Shown piece after piece: positions 60,526-64,000 of a stretch of DNA of 64,000 nucleotides; positions within the stretch are counted from its first letter, which is position 1, and each line of letters starts with the position of its first letter. This DNA comes from Octopus vulgaris (taxonomy: Eukaryota), in NCBI GenBank assembly GCA_951406725.2, contig OX597815.1, forward strand, positions 41,788,001-41,852,000. The letters are read 5' to 3'. Under the pieces are notes generated by a model, which saw only the letters and a program-made list of their open reading frames with translations, ran no database searches and was not told the origin of the DNA. A program made the translations under genes and the position numbers.

Positions 60526-62919
60526 CATACATACGTACATGTGTGCACACGCTCACATGTAATTATGTATGTATGTGGTCTGTCCCCTTTCACCACTTGA
60601 CAACAGATGTTGGTTTGTTTATGCTCCAATGATTTAGTAGTTCAGCAAAAAGAAACCAATAAAATAATTATCAGGCTTAAAAATAAGTACTGGGGTTGAT
60701 TTGTTTGATTAAACCCTTCAAGGCAGTGCTCCAGCATGGCCACAGTTCATAAACTGAAACACGTAAAAGATGAAAGCAGAAGATATATAACTCTCCCTTT
60801 GTCTGTCTGTCTCTCAAACACAAACACACACACACAAATCAGCATATTTAAGTCAATATATTACACATAGAAGGCAGGCAGTGAACTGACAATATCGTTA
60901 CCTGCCTGAAAATTGCTGAGCAGCCTTTCTTCCAACTTTACATTCTGAGTTCAAATATTGCTGAGACACCTCCACCTTTCATCCTTTTCTGATTGACAAA
61001 ATAAGTAGTTAAGCACTGGGATCGATGTAATCAACTTATACTCATCCCGGAAATTGCTGGCCTTGTGCCCACATTTGAAACCAATACCACACATAGTGTT
61101 TCTTATATAGTGAAAGACTTCAAGGCTTAAAGGAGATTGTATGATGGCCAGGCTTCTCTAGGGTAAAGTTACATGACTACAATTAAGAACCAAAAACTGA
61201 GTCATCCTCTATTTTCCAGGAGCGTACCTTTTAGTTAACAACGTTCACTATATTATCATATACAGGTCTGATGTGATTATAGTACATATAATATATTGAT
61301 TATTGCCCATTCTAATGATGACCATCCCACCAACAACTAAATCTCTTTGTTTCTGAACTACTACTTACTCTAAGCTAGAAGTTCATAGCAATCAATATAA
61401 TTCATTATTGAATAATATATCATATAAATTCTTGTGAAAGTTCTACAGTAAATGCTTTTAAATGATAATACTAGCATGGAGGTATGATGTAAAAACAGAA
61501 AAATGAATGATGTATACAGGATGAAAACCTACCTGTACTTAAACATAAATGAACAACATTTAATATTACAGATATTTAAGGCAGTGAGCTAACAGAAGCA
61601 TTACTGCACCAGGAAAAATGCTTAGCAGCATTTTGTCTGATTTTATGTTCTGAGTTCACATTCTGCCGAGGTGGACTTTGCCTTTCATCCTTTTAGGGTC
61701 GATAAAACAAATACCATCCTTGTAATATTTCTGCCTATTCACTGTAACTTTACTGGCATGTATGTCTTATTTTTTCTATGTGTGAGTTTATACAACAGGA
61801 CATGTGTGTGCATGCACACACGTACACACACACACACAGTATACTTTTAGCAGCTCATGAAGTCATTTGGTACACATTACAAAACAAATATAACAACTCC
61901 TCAGTATTGATTTGTGCATGTGTGTGCATGAGTATTAGTGTGTGTGTGTGTGTGTGTGTAAATGATTCCTAAAGATTGTTTGACAAACCTTTTTGTTGGA
62001 TTCAATTAACTTGCATTGTTTTGCCAATCTTTGGTAAACACAGAATAAAAGACTGTACATAATGAAAGATCAATCCATTTCAGGAAAAAAGGGGTTAACA
62101 AGAACAGTCCAAACATTATTCCATCAGACAGATGAATTTACTTAGCAACACAAAAGAGAAACCGATTATCCTGAATTAAATACCAATTATACATTATTCT
62201 AATAGTTACAGCTGACTGAATCAATACGGAACTGAGCTGCTAATCAAAGAACCCTTGATTCCATGTTGTGCTACTAGACACTGCACTGTGTAGACAGACT
62301 AAGACATTAAGCTCTCAATTGGCTCAGCTGAGCTACTTGTAAATAGGTTACATGAGTAGGTACAGGTGATGGTTCTCATACAGAATCACACCACTGCTCA
62401 CTTTTAAACATCAAATCTCTCAATCTCTGACTCCTGCTACAAACCATATTTTCACTTCAAACCATAGAAAATTTAACAGATGGCAGTAGAACATACAATA
62501 TCATCATCATCATTTTCACATCCACTTTTCCATGCTTACATGGGTAAGCAGATTTTCTAAGTCTGGACGCTCTTCCTGTCAACAACCCTCACTAGTTGGA
62601 AAATATTGAAAATGAATGGCAGTGATTAGCATTTCCAATTATCCCAGGATGCCAAGACAAGGAAATACAAACACACACAAATACATACATATACAACAGG
62701 CTTCTTTCAGTTTCCATCTACCAAATTCACCTCACAAGGCTTTGATCTGTCCAGAGTTAGAGCAGAAGACACTTGTCCAAAGAACCAGATCCTACTGTAT
62801 TAAAAAGAAATATTGCACAGAGCAGTCTTAGATAATATATTTTTTTTAAAAAGTGAAGGTGACCACATTTTAGGATTTAAGAGCAACGATAAAACTGGCA
62901 GAATTCAAACTTAAAATTT

Positions 62920-63324
62920 GTGTAGTGGCTGTGTGGTAAGAAGCTTGCTTCCCAACCACATAGTTCCAGGTTCAGTCCCACTGCATGGCACCTTGGGCAA
63001 GTGTTTTCTACTATAGCCTCGGGCCAACCAAAGCCTTGTGAGTGGATTTGGTAGATGGAAACTGAAAGAAGCCTGCCATATATATGTGCGTGCGTGCGTG
63101 TGTGTGCGCGCACGTGTGTCTTTGTCACCCCACCATCACTTGACAACCGATGTTGGTGTGTTTATGTCCTGGTAACTTAGCAATTCGGTAAAAGAGAATG
63201 ATAGAATAAGTACTAGGTTTACAAAGAATAAGTCCTAAGGTTGATTTCTTCAATTAAAACTCTTTAAGGTGGTGCTCCAGCATGGTTGCAGTCAAATGAC
63301 TGAAACAAGTAAAAAAATAAAAGA

Positions 63325-63325
<1 letters not shown>
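62920..63325 (+). mobile_element. SINE family A
   Basis: gtggctgtgtggtaag...ccttgggcaagtg...gactgaaacaagtaaaa. Confidence 0.88.
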
Positions 63326-63369
<44 letters not shown>

Positions 63370-63618
63370 TATATTATTACAAAATTTGGGATTTTACCAA
63401 TAGAACCGCAACTCCTATTTCAGGATAACCTTATTGTATGGAATACACATAGAAAGTTACATCCAAAAAGCAATTAAAATAACCTACTATAAAATACAAT
63501 AAAATTAGTTGAAAAAATATATATCTTAACTGTTATTAGTCTGTGGGGAAAGAAGGTATTTCTAATCAACACTACACATGTATGTATATGTATATGTGCA
63601 TATATATATATATATATA

Positions 63619-63921
63619 TATCACTTGATCACGTGACCGACCAGACCATCAGATGTTGTTACACATCGCTGGTCACAATGCGTTCGCATTGTTTTAGCCT
63701 TCGAATGATGCCACCCCGCTGGCTAAGCGAGCAGGCCAACAGAAGATTGGAAGAAAAGGTGGTGAAGGAGTACAGCAGGGATCACCACCCCCTGCCGGAG
63801 CCTCGTGGAGCTTTTAGGTGTTTTCGCTCAATAAACACTCACAACGCCCGGTCTGGGAATCGAAACCGCGATCCTGCGACCGCGAGTCCGCTGCCCTAAC
63901 CACTAGGCCATTGCACCTCCA
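63619..63921 (-). mobile_element. SINE family C with tail type 3 (RTE-derived 3' end)
   Basis: Minus head tggaggtgcaatggcctagtggttagggcagcggactcgcggtc; ends tgtgaccagcg...ctgatggtctggtcggtcacgtgatcaagtgata. Confidence 0.9.
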
Positions 63922-64000
63922 CACATATATATATATATAATAGTCAAATCTTCTCAAGCTGGTAAGACTGACATGAATGGAAGATTGTGCAAGAATAAGA

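Overview
AT-rich, repeat-dense eukaryotic DNA, most likely from a coleoid cephalopod. The tRNA-derived SINE repertoire and abundant (TA)n/(CA)n/(ATT)n microsatellites resemble Octopus; this is recognition by eye, not a database match. There is no intact protein-coding gene. Nearly all ORFs in the track come from microsatellites, SINEs or decayed transposons. The best host-gene signal is a minus-strand exon at 6655-6763 with clean splice sites and a Kozak-context ATG (MASVCSSDKEEFLQMKSPTKNAE...), plus weaker candidate 5'UTR exons at 15304-15367 and 42556-42626, so the window may be the long 5' intronic region of one gene. The rest is a mobile-element record. It includes at least four tRNA-derived SINE head types (my labels A-D) with interchangeable tails, 5'-truncated RTE LINE ends, and CR1/L2 fragments. 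It also holds Penelope-like pieces with hammerhead-like motifs, mariner/maT/hAT fossils, several MITEs and a Helentron-like element. The most notable observations are a SINE sharing its 3' end with an RTE LINE fragment in the same window, head/tail shuffling among SINEs, and a ~5 kb (ATT)n-anchored SINE pile-up with large inverted symmetry. Two others are near-identical hammerhead-like mini-elements sitting in TA/CA tracts and a 65-bp-stem hairpin insertion flanked by 15-bp direct repeats. I cannot support a wholly new biological system. Boundaries of degenerate repeats are approximate.
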